Shown: positions 8,277 through 19,201, counted from the stretch's first letter. The stretch is 64,000 nucleotides of DNA from Paramoeba atlantica (GCA_977017575.1 CDRNVI010000029.1:930001-994000); one strand, 5' to 3'. Notes: generated by a model from the sequence alone, not told the origin. Program-made: numbers and translations.

Positions 8277-11200
8277 CTAGACGTAGATACTTGTGAGTTT
8301 CTGTATGACCGATGAAGTCTCCTCAGTAATGATACCCTCAGTTGAAGCTAGATGACTTAAGTGCAAGACTTCTGAAGACAGGACGGCATTTACAAAAAAT
8401 TTAGCACACCTGGGATCACATGCTACTGATTCATTCAAATAAACCGTGCGGTAGTGATTGGCAAGTTGCTCAAAAAGTGAAGGATTAAAAGTTGATTCTT
8501 TGTTGCTAAGATGCTTTTGTCCAATCACGACGAAAGTGGAGAGAAACCCAGGAAGATCCAGCTTCAGGTAGTTAAAGGTTAAGTCACTCGGAAGCGTTCG
8601 ATCTCGACGAAGGCTTATCATATACTGCAGCGCGGCGTCATACAACCCGGAAACCTCCTTGTAATGTAAAGAACTCTGATGTAGATGGAGGAATAAGTCA
8701 ACAAGAGGCTCAAAGCCACCAGGACCGTGTGATTGTGAAGCACATAGTGCGGTGGCTCGTAACACAATCTCACTCAGTGGTAAACCGTAGAGTCCATACA
8801 ATTCAGTAGATCTCACAAACTCTCCCCCGCGCAGTAATTTGACAGCAACTTGTTTTACCGTAGTGGAGGCTGTGTTCGACTCGTTCAACCACGGAAGCAG
8901 GTCATGTACTTTTGAAAAGTCGACGTCGGAGTGACAATCAGAATCCGTTTCCCCGTTGTTGGGGAAATCATCCATGAGACAACGAACACATTCAATGAGA
9001 AAAAATTCGCGTTGGATTTCATGGCACGACTTGTGATCTAACGGGGTAAGGCGAAAAACAGATTCATGACTGCCCTCAGTACGAGAAATAGCTTGTGCGG
9101 CTTTTTGCAGAGTATCATGTGCCGTGAGTAAGCAATCCATTGCCGAGTCAAAATCTCCAACTTCACAAAGTCGCCGGGCGGCATCGCGTAGTACCCTACC
9201 TGCCAACCCCGCATGTGTGTGATGTACCAAAACATCGTGTAGAAGAGTGATGACCGGAAGATACTTCCCCGAGTGACTGGGAGTTAATTTTTTATAAAAT
9301 GTGTACATAGCCTCTGAAGCAATGGAGTAGAAGTGAGCGATTGTGTTCTCAGAATTCTTATGTGTCAATTCTAATTTGTTCGGGCTAAAAAAATCATGAA
9401 AAATGAATCCACGCATGTCCTCTAGGGAAGCGCACTCCTCTAAAAACGTCTCTACGAAGATTCTAGCCAATTCCTTTCGAGAATGAGCCGTGAGTGCACT
9501 CTTCTCTTCATACGTCAGTAGTTGACCTGCTGTTTCAATCCAAAAAAACACAGAGCTCGTTACTACGAGCGCATGGGCTCGTCGAAATTCATGTTCTTGA
9601 ATTAGCCGAACACAATAAGATGAGAAAGCGGCGTGCACGAGCTCTGGAAACGGAACAAAGCTTTCTTTCTCGATCTTTGCCGTAAGCATTTCCATCATTA
9701 CGTGTACGTCCGAAAGCGGCAACGTTGTTAAGCAGTTCCCATTAGCGTCACACTTAAAAATGAATTTGAGACAAAACTGTAGATAGGTTGCGGTGGCAAC
9801 ATTAAAGGCCTTTGTTTCTTTTGGATTTCCCCCGATATGGGTACCAATACATGCCCCATCATCCAAACATCCACGCGCTCGGGCCATCGAGTCTGCGTCT
9901 AAATAAAGCGACAAACACTCCCATTGTTGTTCAGACCCCCTGATTTCTTCTAGGAGGAGTGCTATCTTCACGAAGTACGCCGCAGAGAGATGACTAATGC
10001 TAGCATTTCCAGACGACAAAACGCCTTGAAAATGCAGCAATTCGGGTCGATCATTCTTCCACACGTAAAGCCAGTGTTGAAGTATACTTGGAGAAGAGTA
10101 CTCTAGCAGATCCTTGGCCATAACTTCTGGATAGGATCCAACATTAACGGCACCTTCAAACCAGCGCGCCAGCAGATTGTGTGTTATGGGTATGGGATAA
10201 GATGCATTGTGCTGCTGCTGAATAAGCTCTGGAGAGAGCAGAAGCACACTCTCGACACCGAGATGCCATTTCAGATAATGTAAAGAAAAGTCCAGATGGA
10301 CATCGTGCAGATCTTGAAGGCTCGCATCAAGTAAAGGCAGAAACTGCAAAGCGAGAGCAAACAGAATTGCGTGGGCTTTGCAATTCGAAATTCTGTCCAA
10401 AACAAGTGCTTGAGCATATTCATGACCTGGGGAGTTCTGAAGAGGAATTTTGGGGTCTTCTGAAGACGCGCATAAAAATGAGCGCCATTGACAGATCGCT
10501 TCCCTGAAATTTACGGAATCGAACATGAAAATGTGCTTCCTCACTTCATGCAAGGTGCAATACGCCAGTCTTGCAAGGACTTTGGAAAGTCCTTTGCCTG
10601 AAGCATGATAAAGAAAATTGGACAGGCCTTGCTCATGCATAATTGTATTGCTTAGAATATGTATCAGTGTATGCAGGCCGTACTTCGTTAATTCCGGGAG
10701 CTCAAGTTCGTTATCAAATTTAGCAACGGGGACCGTCACTAAACAATGAGGTGTTCGTGCTACTTCGGCATCTAGACACAATTCGGGGACAATGTCGGTG
10801 TGTAACAGACAGTTACTTCCTGGAGCAAATGCACGTGGGCACGTTCTTTGACGGTCATCACTTTCTAAGGGCAGTAAATGAAATTCCACGCTTGGGATAA
10901 CCAAGGAAAGAAATTCTAACGATGAGATTTCCCCTGTTTGTCTCCGCAGCAAGTGTAGATCGTTGGCCCTCGAAACCAACATTACAGAAATTCTATTTGC
11001 CCAGAACCCAATTTGTAACGGAGACAGATCCCAAGAATTCGTCTGATCATGATCGGAATTCACCACTATGCCACACCGCCACGTCTCATTGCCGCTTACT
11101 GTTTCCACAACAACATAACGTCTGATCTCGGTCTCCGCATATGAACTATCTGAAGACTCTAGTTCAAGTAAAGACGCTCTCCCATCGTACAATACCCGTT

Positions 11201-12458
11201 TCGGGGACAAAATATCTATCTCAGAAAAGCAATCTACCTGAAAAAGAAGCCCCATACGCGAATGATCTTCTTCCCAAAGTGCTCGAGCACCGACGAGTCT
11301 TGTACTAGCCACTGGTAGTATTATTACGCCAGAGAGCTCTACGCGAGTTACAAGTTTATTATTCTCTTCACGTTCAACAATTCTAAACAAGTGCAGTTTT
11401 TGTAAGTCACAAATACCGAATAGGTCCCTTCCGACATGGATACAAGTGACAGCGTTGAGTTCTGGCGCTTCCGTAAGAGGGAAGTTACAATGGACTTTAG
11501 CTTCCTCGTTTTCTGGAATATTCATAAGAATCAATTCCGGGCGGTCAGTAAGAGCCACAATATATGACTGTTTGAGAGATTCGTCAACGATGGGGCATAT
11601 AGTTACCACTTTAGATCCTGATTTGGGTACTGAATGCTCAGATTCTGTATCGCTAGAACGCCACAAATTTAGCCATTTCTTCAGCTTTTTTGCGGCGTTT
11701 TCAGATCGTCCGACAAGTTTTTCATACGCAGCGCAGGCTTGAAGCGAAGCTTTACGCTTTGACAAAGACAAGATGAATTCAGAAAGCGGACTTCGGCTAG
11801 TCGCATCAGAGTCGTGCAATAAAAATAATAGGCTTAGTTCTTTGTTCCTCTGACTCTTTTCACGGAGGAACCGCATTGAAATGTAGCCTCCATTGCGGGT
11901 AGCTTCACGTAACATGTCGTCCAATCGATATTCATTGTGAATCGAACACATAACTTCAGATGATATGTCGACGATGAGCGGACAAGATTCTTTTTGCACT
12001 CGAACAAGAAGCGTTACACATCGGTAGGGCGACGAAATTAAAAGCACGATTCTTATTGTGTCAAAGCATCCCTCTTCCTGCGCGCCTTCAGCAGCCCCCG
12101 CAGCTTCTTGCAGTGAGACCCGAACACTACTACTCTTCTCTCTTGGGTATTCGAATTTTGGTTTCATTGCACCAATCCCGCAGATGTATGGGGCGTAAAT
12201 GAGTAGATGAGACAGATTTTCGCAATTAGGCTTGTCTTCCGTAACAGTCAAATGAATCATAGAGTTTGCTATCCCATAATTGAGAGTGTAACCGTTGGCT
12301 GTGGAAATAGGAGTGTTAATGCAAGAAGCCGATTGCGAGGACATATTTCTAGACGCCACTTGCTCGTGAATAGAGTCCATACCCGTGCGATTCAGCTGAC
12401 CATGGCTGTCCAATGCGTAGCTTTGTGCCCCTCTTAAACTTGGTATCCAATGTAACAT
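8277..12458 (-). CDS. Large hypothetical protein (1393 aa), possibly Nup160/Nup120-like nucleoporin
   Basis: Beta-rich N-half and helical C-half. AGRVLRDAARRL...DCLLTAHDTL loosely resembles a Nup160 C-terminal segment. CDS is certain; the function is tentative. Confidence 0.4.
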   Translation of the reverse strand: MLHWIPSLRGAQSYALDSHGQLNRTGMDSIHEQVASRNMSSQSASCINTPISTANGYTLNYGIANSMIHLTVTEDKPNCENLSHLLIYAPYICGIGAMKPKFEYPREKSSSVRVSLQEAAGAAEGAQEEGCFDTIRIVLLISSPYRCVTLLVRVQKESCPLIVDISSEVMCSIHNEYRLDDMLREATRNGGYISMRFLREKSQRNKELSLLFLLHDSDATSRSPLSEFILSLSKRKASLQACAAYEKLVGRSENAAKKLKKWLNLWRSSDTESEHSVPKSGSKVVTICPIVDESLKQSYIVALTDRPELILMNIPENEEAKVHCNFPLTEAPELNAVTCIHVGRDLFGICDLQKLHLFRIVEREENNKLVTRVELSGVIILPVASTRLVGARALWEEDHSRMGLLFQVDCFSEIDILSPKRVLYDGRASLLELESSDSSYAETEIRRYVVVETVSGNETWRCGIVVNSDHDQTNSWDLSPLQIGFWANRISVMLVSRANDLHLLRRQTGEISSLEFLSLVIPSVEFHLLPLESDDRQRTCPRAFAPGSNCLLHTDIVPELCLDAEVARTPHCLVTVPVAKFDNELELPELTKYGLHTLIHILSNTIMHEQGLSNFLYHASGKGLSKVLARLAYCTLHEVRKHIFMFDSVNFREAICQWRSFLCASSEDPKIPLQNSPGHEYAQALVLDRISNCKAHAILFALALQFLPLLDASLQDLHDVHLDFSLHYLKWHLGVESVLLLSPELIQQQHNASYPIPITHNLLARWFEGAVNVGSYPEVMAKDLLEYSSPSILQHWLYVWKNDRPELLHFQGVLSSGNASISHLSAAYFVKIALLLEEIRGSEQQWECLSLYLDADSMARARGCLDDGACIGTHIGGNPKETKAFNVATATYLQFCLKFIFKCDANGNCLTTLPLSDVHVMMEMLTAKIEKESFVPFPELVHAAFSSYCVRLIQEHEFRRAHALVVTSSVFFWIETAGQLLTYEEKSALTAHSRKELARIFVETFLEECASLEDMRGFIFHDFFSPNKLELTHKNSENTIAHFYSIASEAMYTFYKKLTPSHSGKYLPVITLLHDVLVHHTHAGLAGRVLRDAARRLCEVGDFDSAMDCLLTAHDTLQKAAQAISRTEGSHESVFRLTPLDHKSCHEIQREFFLIECVRCLMDDFPNNGETDSDCHSDVDFSKVHDLLPWLNESNTASTTVKQVAVKLLRGGEFVRSTELYGLYGLPLSEIVLRATALCASQSHGPGGFEPLVDLFLHLHQSSLHYKEVSGLYDAALQYMISLRRDRTLPSDLTFNYLKLDLPGFLSTFVVIGQKHLSNKESTFNPSLFEQLANHYRTVYLNESVACDPRCAKFFVNAVLSSEVLHLSHLASTEGIITEETSSVIQKLTSIYV

Positions 12459-12621
12459 TTGAGTATCAGTTCGTTTGTGTAAGTAGGGAAATAAGAAAGA
12501 AAGCTTCTGTGTGTAGGATACAGATAAATGTAGATCGTACAGCTTGATTTAAAACGTACCGATACATGCTCAACGTAAAAATTCTCTAGTTTTTTACTCT
12601 AATTAAGATACGTGGACGTCC

Positions 12622-14700
12622 CTATTTGCTGGAAACCATAGTATGCATGTGCAAGACAGGCTTGATTTGTAGTTTATTCTTCAGAACAGCTTCTCTGGCT
12701 AAATCTCTCGTCACAAAAACAATGCGCTTGTGAATGTTCTTGATAGCATTGAATAAAAGGAGAGAGGCTTTGATATCTGAAAAACTAAGTGGAATTTCAT
12801 GGTGGGGTACACAGGCAGGAATACTTTTTTGAGACAGATTGCAATAAAAAGCTTCAAAAACACCTGATGGTGGTAAAATACGGAACCATTCGTGCTCGAG
12901 CGCTAAATTCAATACCTCACGTGCAGTGCTGTTTGCACTGCTGTTTTGAGTATCCGATTTCAGAGGACTTTTGTCGGATAGCAATTCACCAAGGCTTGTG
13001 AAGGGAATTAGGGCAACTCCCCCGTCCCGCTTGTGGTACTCAGACATAACACGGACGAAACCTTTCCGCAAGTGAGGATGTGTTAAAGAAAACACAGCCG
13101 TCGAATCGAGCAAAACAAGAGTGGCCTTGTTGTTTGAGGATAAACATAATCCTTGATAGAACTCAATTTCGCTTCTTACGGTAAATGCATGAATACGATT
13201 TATAACGTTCTGCGTACTAGTCAACAGAGGCTTAGATTCGCCAAAGCCGGCCTCGTAGAAAATGGTGAGGAATGTGGCAAATAGTTGGGTAGATACCTCA
13301 GAAACTGAGCGTACGAAGTTAACATCTATTTCGGACACTTCCGGTACCATGAATTTACTTGTATGATAGTTGAAAAGATCTGCGTTTATTGCACAGTCGT
13401 CAACTGATAAGGCGCCAAATTGCAGAATGAGCTTCAGTAGAGCAAGTAGTTTATGTAAAGTGTGGTCAAACTCTGAGCACGTGTGTAATGCATTGGATAG
13501 AACAGCCTGAAATTTGTGATCTGCTAACTGTTGCCCATGCCGCGCAATCATTTCGGCAAATAGAGCAAGAAAAAGGTCAGGCTCGTGATCTGATAAGCAG
13601 GGTAAGACATTTTCTCTTATTTCTTTGCAAAGTTCAGGTTCAAACGTACAAGTTAGGTGCAAAATTTCTTCGTATGTGCGAGTGGTAGTTCGTTCCATAG
13701 CACGTGATGCCGTGAATATAGCAAATGAATATAGCAGAACTTTGACATTACCATTAGCATTAAGTCGAGCAAAATTCAAAATAAGACACACTACTTCAGG
13801 ACAAAATAGCTCAGATTTCTTACTATTCGCGGTAGATAACATAGAAACGCAATGGCGAAGTTTAGTTTGCGGGTCAAAACGTGGGTTCTCCAATATGCTC
13901 GAAACAAATGAAATGTATGAAGCGCACTCCACACCAACAACTGATCCATCCTTGAACACTGCAATAGCTTCTTCAATCATTCCATTCTTAAACAGGTATT
14001 CAACATATTTCATGTAGGTGATGCACAGCAAACTTTGTGAGGATTCACGGATTAATTGATAAAAGTCTCGTGGGTAACTTACTGGAAAGGGTGGTTCGCA
14101 CGAGCTGAGACACTCTTCAAACAATAGAATCGTTAGATCGCTATTTGGTATCCGTTTATGGTCAAGTACGTAGCACACTGCTTGAACGGTCATTTTACTC
14201 TCGTAAAGTAGAAGAAGAGAGGAGTCATAATCTTCCTTTGTCAAGGTAATATCAACCATTGACATTTCTTCGAAAAAGCGAATTATTGCATTCGCGTTCT
14301 TCTCATGAATCGCCTTGTACAGAACGTTGCGATAACAAGCATATGATGGAATGACATTTAGTGAGCTTAAAGCGTCTAAAATATTCATTGAAGCAGAAAG
14401 CGATGGAATATTTTTTAGGCAAGTTAAAGCTTCGAAACGACGCTGCGCACATTCTTCGTAGCTATCGGGGATATTTGTGCCACCAATACTGAGCGGGACA
14501 ATACGATAGGGCTCTTCATTCACAGAGGTTATGTATCGCAGCTTTCGTGGGGCAAGGTCACGCTCGGGAAGCGTTCTACCCATTTTTCTCGAGTCTGCTT
14601 CTGCGAAACACCTGTATCGTATGTGTGGGGATACCTCCTCACAAGGCAAAACAGGAATCGGCTTCGGCCGCTCCGGCACTGTATTAGCCCAATTTTGCAT
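12622..14700 (-). CDS. PPR-like repeat protein with C-terminal PIN-like domain
   Basis: PPR-type helices (PSYACYRNVLYKAIHEKNANAIIRFFEEM). C-terminal VLLDSTAV, IPFTSLGEL and VFVTRD match the PIN-domain pattern. Confidence 0.55.
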   Translation of the reverse strand: MQNWANTVPERPKPIPVLPCEEVSPHIRYRCFAEADSRKMGRTLPERDLAPRKLRYITSVNEEPYRIVPLSIGGTNIPDSYEECAQRRFEALTCLKNIPSLSASMNILDALSSLNVIPSYACYRNVLYKAIHEKNANAIIRFFEEMSMVDITLTKEDYDSSLLLLYESKMTVQAVCYVLDHKRIPNSDLTILLFEECLSSCEPPFPVSYPRDFYQLIRESSQSLLCITYMKYVEYLFKNGMIEEAIAVFKDGSVVGVECASYISFVSSILENPRFDPQTKLRHCVSMLSTANSKKSELFCPEVVCLILNFARLNANGNVKVLLYSFAIFTASRAMERTTTRTYEEILHLTCTFEPELCKEIRENVLPCLSDHEPDLFLALFAEMIARHGQQLADHKFQAVLSNALHTCSEFDHTLHKLLALLKLILQFGALSVDDCAINADLFNYHTSKFMVPEVSEIDVNFVRSVSEVSTQLFATFLTIFYEAGFGESKPLLTSTQNVINRIHAFTVRSEIEFYQGLCLSSNNKATLVLLDSTAVFSLTHPHLRKGFVRVMSEYHKRDGGVALIPFTSLGELLSDKSPLKSDTQNSSANSTAREVLNLALEHEWFRILPPSGVFEAFYCNLSQKSIPACVPHHEIPLSFSDIKASLLLFNAIKNIHKRIVFVTRDLAREAVLKNKLQIKPVLHMHTMVSSK

Positions 14701-14890
14701 TCAACTGCGTCATAAGTGACAGTTTTAAATACAACTAAATTTAAAGCTAGAAATAGAAAAGTTTCTTAATTATGCCATCCACTTTGTTTAAAAGAACACG
14801 CAGTGGTTGCTGCGAAAACAAAAACCAAAAAATGTAAAAAAAACCACAATCCATCATTCAGCGTCAGACACATGTTCTATGGAAAGAACT

Positions 14891-17116
14891 TCATTCAAAC
14901 TCCTTTAGCCAAGAGTGTTGCAACAGTTCTGCCGCAGAGGGACGTCGCATCGGGTCTCGCTCGAAGCATAATGACAAGAAATCCGTAACCTGGGGATCGA
15001 GATCCGACGGCATTTGGGATGGAAGACCGGCGGAGTTGGCAATGTGGTACACGGCACTCCACATGGAACTAAACTCCGGCCACGGGGGTTTTCCAGTGAG
15101 CATCTCGACTAGGGTGCAGCCCACGCTCCAGATGTCAGCTTTTGCACCGTATCCTCCGGAGTCTTCTTTAATTACCTCCGGGGCCATCCAGTAGGGCGTT
15201 CCTACCATAGAGCGACATCCATGGGATTTGTTACAGAGCGTTTCAATGGAACGACTGCACCCAAAATCGGCCAATTTAATCACCCCGTTGGTGCCCACCA
15301 GAATATTTTCTCCTTTGAGGTCGCGATGCACAATGTTGTTCTCGTGGAGGTATTGGACACCTTCGACAATCTGCCGAAGCCAGGCACGAATAACATCGAG
15401 AGACAGCTGTGTGAATTTTTTAATAAACGAACGTAAGTTTCCCCCCATGACGTGCTCCATGAAAATACAAATACGTCCCGCTTCCATGTCCTCTACATAG
15501 CCCTCCAGTCGGACAATATTTTTGTGTTGTAGGCGCTGCAAGAGACTGATTTCGTTGCGAAGGGTGCGTAGGTCAGACTCTGCGTCCTCAAGTGAGCCGA
15601 CATCAATGATTTTCACTGCTGTAATGACTCCAGTCGGAAGTACGGCCTCGTACACACAACCATAAGACCCTTTCCCTATGAGACGTCCGATACTCGCCCG
15701 TTTCGCCAAAGCTCGGAATTCCTCATTGGTTTTTTGCTGCTTCCCAGAGGTTTGTATCACTTCACTTTCGGAGTTGCGTTGGAGTGGAACACTCGTCGAT
15801 TTATCACGGGATAGACTAAGCTCCGTTCGTACGTTGTTCTCGGATGTCTGCGTTTTCGAATCTATACTCTCCTCCCCTTTAAAACTAACGGAGAGCGAGG
15901 ATCGCGCGCTGGAGATCTCACTTCTGTCATCGCCCTGGAAACTCAAATAACCCAACGACAGTTTCTCCCTCCACATCCGCTGATACCGAAACGTGGCATC
16001 CAGAAAATCCCCCAGCGCGTTATCCCCCCGCGCCACCCTCCGCGGCGCCCCCCTCAACGCCCCCTGCTGCCAGCACCCCATCACCCACCCCCCTTTCACC
16101 AAACTCTCACACCCCTCCCCGTGCCGCATCCCCTTCATAAAATACCCATGAAACACCTCCCCATCCGCCCACCGAAACGAGCCCCGCCCGTGGGGCTTGG
16201 ACGCCCTAAACCCCCCCTCGTACACGTTCCCCTCCACCATCCGCCACACCCCATACCCCTCCCGGCGGTCGCCCTCCCAGGTGCCGTAGTACTCCGAGCC
16301 GTCCGCGTAGGTCACCCGGCCCACCCCCTCCCGGGCGTCCCCGACCCACTCCCCGTCGTAGCGGCACTCCGGGGTCTCCTCCCTCCCGCGGCCGTGGCGC
16401 TGGTTGTTGCGGTAGGCCCCGTGGTAGTACCCGGCGCCGTGGGGGGCGGTGGTCCGGCCGATCCCCTCTCGTTGGTTGTGGGCGAAGGCGCCGTGGTAGG
16501 TGGTGCCGTCGGCCCAGGTGTAGGTGCCGGTGCCGGTCTGGGTGTTGTGGGCCCAGTCGCCGGTGTAGGTGTCGTGGGTGTCGGCGAAGGTGAAGGTGCC
16601 GTGGCCGTGGGGGAGGCCGAGGGGGGAGAGCTGGCCGTGGTAGGTGCCGTCGGGGGTGTGGAGGGTGTGGAGGGGGGGAGAGGGGGTGGGGGTGTTGGGG
16701 GGATCGGGGTGGGAAGGGCGAAGGGGGTTGTTGCTCGTGTGGCTGTTGCTGTTACTGTGGGGATTGAAGAGGAGGGAGGAGGAGAGGGGGGTAGAGGGGG
16801 TGGGGGAGGTGGTGGGTTTGTTGTGGTTGTTATGTTGGGGATCGTTGTAGTTATTGCTATTGTTATTCTGGGTGGTGGTGGTAGTGGTATTTTGGGGATT
16901 GAGGAGAATTGAGGAGGAGAGGGGGAGGGAGGGCGTGGGGTTGTTCTGCCTGCAGTTGTGTTTGTTATCGTGGGTAATGTTGTTATTGTGCGTGTTGCTG
17001 CTGTTGGGATTGAAGAAGGGGGAGGAGGAGAGGGGGAGAGAGGGTGTGGGGGGAGAAGGAGAGGGGGAAGGTGTGATGGGAAGGGAGGGGGGAGGGGGAA
17101 GATGGGATGAGGCCAT
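14891..17116 (-). CDS. MORN-repeat STE11/MEKK(NPK1)-like protein kinase
   Basis: Multiple YxGxWxxxxxxGxG MORN repeats. Kinase motifs IGKGSYG, AVK, HRDLKGEN, DFG, GTPYWMAPE and ADIWSVGC. Confidence 0.93.
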   Translation of the reverse strand: MASSHLPPPPSLPITPSPSPSPPTPSLPLSSSPFFNPNSSNTHNNNITHDNKHNCRQNNPTPSLPLSSSILLNPQNTTTTTTQNNNSNNYNDPQHNNHNKPTTSPTPSTPLSSSLLFNPHSNSNSHTSNNPLRPSHPDPPNTPTPSPPLHTLHTPDGTYHGQLSPLGLPHGHGTFTFADTHDTYTGDWAHNTQTGTGTYTWADGTTYHGAFAHNQREGIGRTTAPHGAGYYHGAYRNNQRHGRGREETPECRYDGEWVGDAREGVGRVTYADGSEYYGTWEGDRREGYGVWRMVEGNVYEGGFRASKPHGRGSFRWADGEVFHGYFMKGMRHGEGCESLVKGGWVMGCWQQGALRGAPRRVARGDNALGDFLDATFRYQRMWREKLSLGYLSFQGDDRSEISSARSSLSVSFKGEESIDSKTQTSENNVRTELSLSRDKSTSVPLQRNSESEVIQTSGKQQKTNEEFRALAKRASIGRLIGKGSYGCVYEAVLPTGVITAVKIIDVGSLEDAESDLRTLRNEISLLQRLQHKNIVRLEGYVEDMEAGRICIFMEHVMGGNLRSFIKKFTQLSLDVIRAWLRQIVEGVQYLHENNIVHRDLKGENILVGTNGVIKLADFGCSRSIETLCNKSHGCRSMVGTPYWMAPEVIKEDSGGYGAKADIWSVGCTLVEMLTGKPPWPEFSSMWSAVYHIANSAGLPSQMPSDLDPQVTDFLSLCFERDPMRRPSAAELLQHSWLKEFE

Positions 17117-17210
17117 AGGTGATATCGATCGGTGTCTGTACTACAGACGGTAGAAAATACACCCGGCGGTCAGGGTGGGGGGTTCATGTAAAGAGGAGGG
17201 TGGAAAATGG
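16010..17210. other. GC-skew inversion island 2
   Basis: C-rich 16010-16400 and G-rich 16420-17210; 17002-17112 contains no C on the + strand. Confidence 0.85.
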
Positions 17211-17488
17211 GATGTCAAATCTATTGTTTGGTTTCCTTTGTCAAATAAGAGGATATTACAACTCATAAACTGGTAGAAAGAAGGAAAGACTGGGAAAGAG
17301 TAGAGGAGTGATGATCTGAGTCATGCGCTCCCTACTTTAGCCCATCTTTCTTCCTTTCCAGCCGAGTCGAAATACACTGAAATTTTAACATTGCTACAAT
17401 TTTCAGCGAAAAGTGAAGCACAAGTAGAAAAATCTGATGGCTCAGTACTCTTCATGGGAATTTGGCACCCGCATCCTATCTGGTCATA

Positions 17489-18673
17489 TTAATTTTTCTT
17501 TGATCCCGCTCGCGGAGGGTTAAACTTAAAGTGCAGAATATCTCCATCCAAGACTTCATAAGTCTTCCCCTCCTGACGCAGTTTCCCCGCTTCCTTACAC
17601 TGGCTCATGTCCTTGGTTTCCTCGAAATCCGCCCAGTGCACCGTATCGGCACAGATAAACCCTTTTTCCATGTCACTGTGAATTCGTCCAGCCGCCTGCG
17701 GGGCTTTCATCCCTTTTTGTATCGTCCAGCACCGCACCTCGTCCTCCCCTGCGGTAAAAAAATGCAGCAAATGGATACTACGGTACCCCTCCGTAACGAT
17801 ACGAGACACAGAGGAGCGTGCCTCGGGGCTTTCCTCTGAGGCGGGCTTCTCACTTTCCGCTTTTTCTTGTAATTGAAGTTCATGTTCTACAGAAAAAGGA
17901 ATCATGGGCTCTCCAGTTCGTGCATCAATCCACGATTTAAGTTGGGGAAGCCACTTGTTACGCTTACGCAGAAAATCACGCTGGGTCATGTTGATCAAAA
18001 ACACTCCAGGCTTCGCGGTGAGTAAGTGGAGCGTGTTGAGGAATTCGATCTCTTTGGCATTCCAACTACAGCAGCGAATTTGGTCCCCACGTTCCAGGAC
18101 TTCCTTAATTTTTTTCAGATGCTCTAACTCCACCACTTTAGTTTTGTCAATCCCACGGTCGACGATCGGTTGAATCCGTTCCATCACTTGAGTAACGTTT
18201 TCCAAGTCTTTTATCGCCAACTCATTGAATATTAGCTCCAGGTCCCGGATGGGGTTGACCTCTCCCTCCACATGGGTGATCATCTCGTCCTCGAACACAC
18301 GTACCATGTGGTAGATCCCGTCTACCGCCCCAATGTGGCTTAGAAATGCATTCCCAAGTCCCTGGCCCTCGGCGGCTCCTTTGACCAGTCCGGCAATGTC
18401 GGTCACATGTAACATTGTGGGAACTTCACTTCGAGGCTTGAACACGCGACAGAGCTCCTCGTAACGTGCGTCTGGGACCGGAACTTTGGCCTGGTTAGGT
18501 TCGATGGTGCAAAATGGAAAATTTTCCGCCGCCACTGTTTGTTTAGTCAGGAGGTTGAAAAAGGAGGATTTGCCCACGTTCGGAAGTCCAACGATGCCCA
18601 TTTTTAGAGAGGTACCAGGTCGTCCAAGAAGTACAGTTTTGGGTGCGGGTTCTTCTTTCTTTTTGGGTGGCAT
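17489..18673 (-). CDS. OLA1: Obg-like ATPase 1 (YchF)
   Basis: GIVGLPNVGKS, NFPFCTIEPN, DIAGLVKGA..GQGLGNAFL, FFTAGEDEVRCWTI and TGS domain. ATG at 18673 (MPPKKKEE). Confidence 0.97.
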   Translation of the reverse strand: MPPKKKEEPAPKTVLLGRPGTSLKMGIVGLPNVGKSSFFNLLTKQTVAAENFPFCTIEPNQAKVPVPDARYEELCRVFKPRSEVPTMLHVTDIAGLVKGAAEGQGLGNAFLSHIGAVDGIYHMVRVFEDEMITHVEGEVNPIRDLELIFNELAIKDLENVTQVMERIQPIVDRGIDKTKVVELEHLKKIKEVLERGDQIRCCSWNAKEIEFLNTLHLLTAKPGVFLINMTQRDFLRKRNKWLPQLKSWIDARTGEPMIPFSVEHELQLQEKAESEKPASEESPEARSSVSRIVTEGYRSIHLLHFFTAGEDEVRCWTIQKGMKAPQAAGRIHSDMEKGFICADTVHWADFEETKDMSQCKEAGKLRQEGKTYEVLDGDILHFKFNPPRAGSKKN

Positions 18674-18982
18674 TTTTAAAAAGAGTGATGGGGGGATATA
18701 AATGGATCGGATAGCTAAAGTTCCAAAAAAGAAATAAAATTCGTTCTGACACATGTTACTCAGAAATTGGATAAAGAATAATGGGCTCCGTATTGGACGC
18801 AACTGGGTCCTTCTTTAGCATAAACATGCATTCTTTTTCAAATACGCTTTCAAAATTATAGATGTACTTACTGTAATTCGAATACAGTAGTGTGTCTACT
18901 ACAATACGCTGCAAGTCTTTGAAAAATCCAATATCTGACACAAGAATATTCCAAGTACACTTTATGAAACAAACTACAGATT

Positions 18983-19201
18983 TTACAGAATAGAATTATC
19001 CTGCGCCCTTTCATAGTTATGCCGCTGAATAACTGCAAAAGCAAGTAGGGTAGTAAACGCAGCAAAGGCCCCTCGGTATTTCTGACTCTTCATCAGCCGT
19101 TGAAATGTAATTTCACCGCGTTCGCGAGTGTGTGACATGGGCCTCGGCATCGGCTCTTGGATCATTTGGACTCCCAGTCTGGTGTATGAAGGGCGAATCA
19201 T
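18983..19201 (-). CDS. Small single-TM hypothetical protein (72 aa)
   Basis: ATG start, fills its own spacer, one hydrophobic segment (GAFAAFTTLLAFAVI). Confidence 0.55.
   Translation of the reverse strand: MIRPSYTRLGVQMIQEPMPRPMSHTRERGEITFQRLMKSQKYRGAFAAFTTLLAFAVIQRHNYERAQDNSIL

Noticed and set aside
16121-17153. Long + strand ORFs over the GC islands (also 4610-5099, 24982-25972, 59970-60731)
   Set aside because: Shadow frames of G- or C-skewed DNA that lacks stop codons; antisense to well-supported genes and low complexity.
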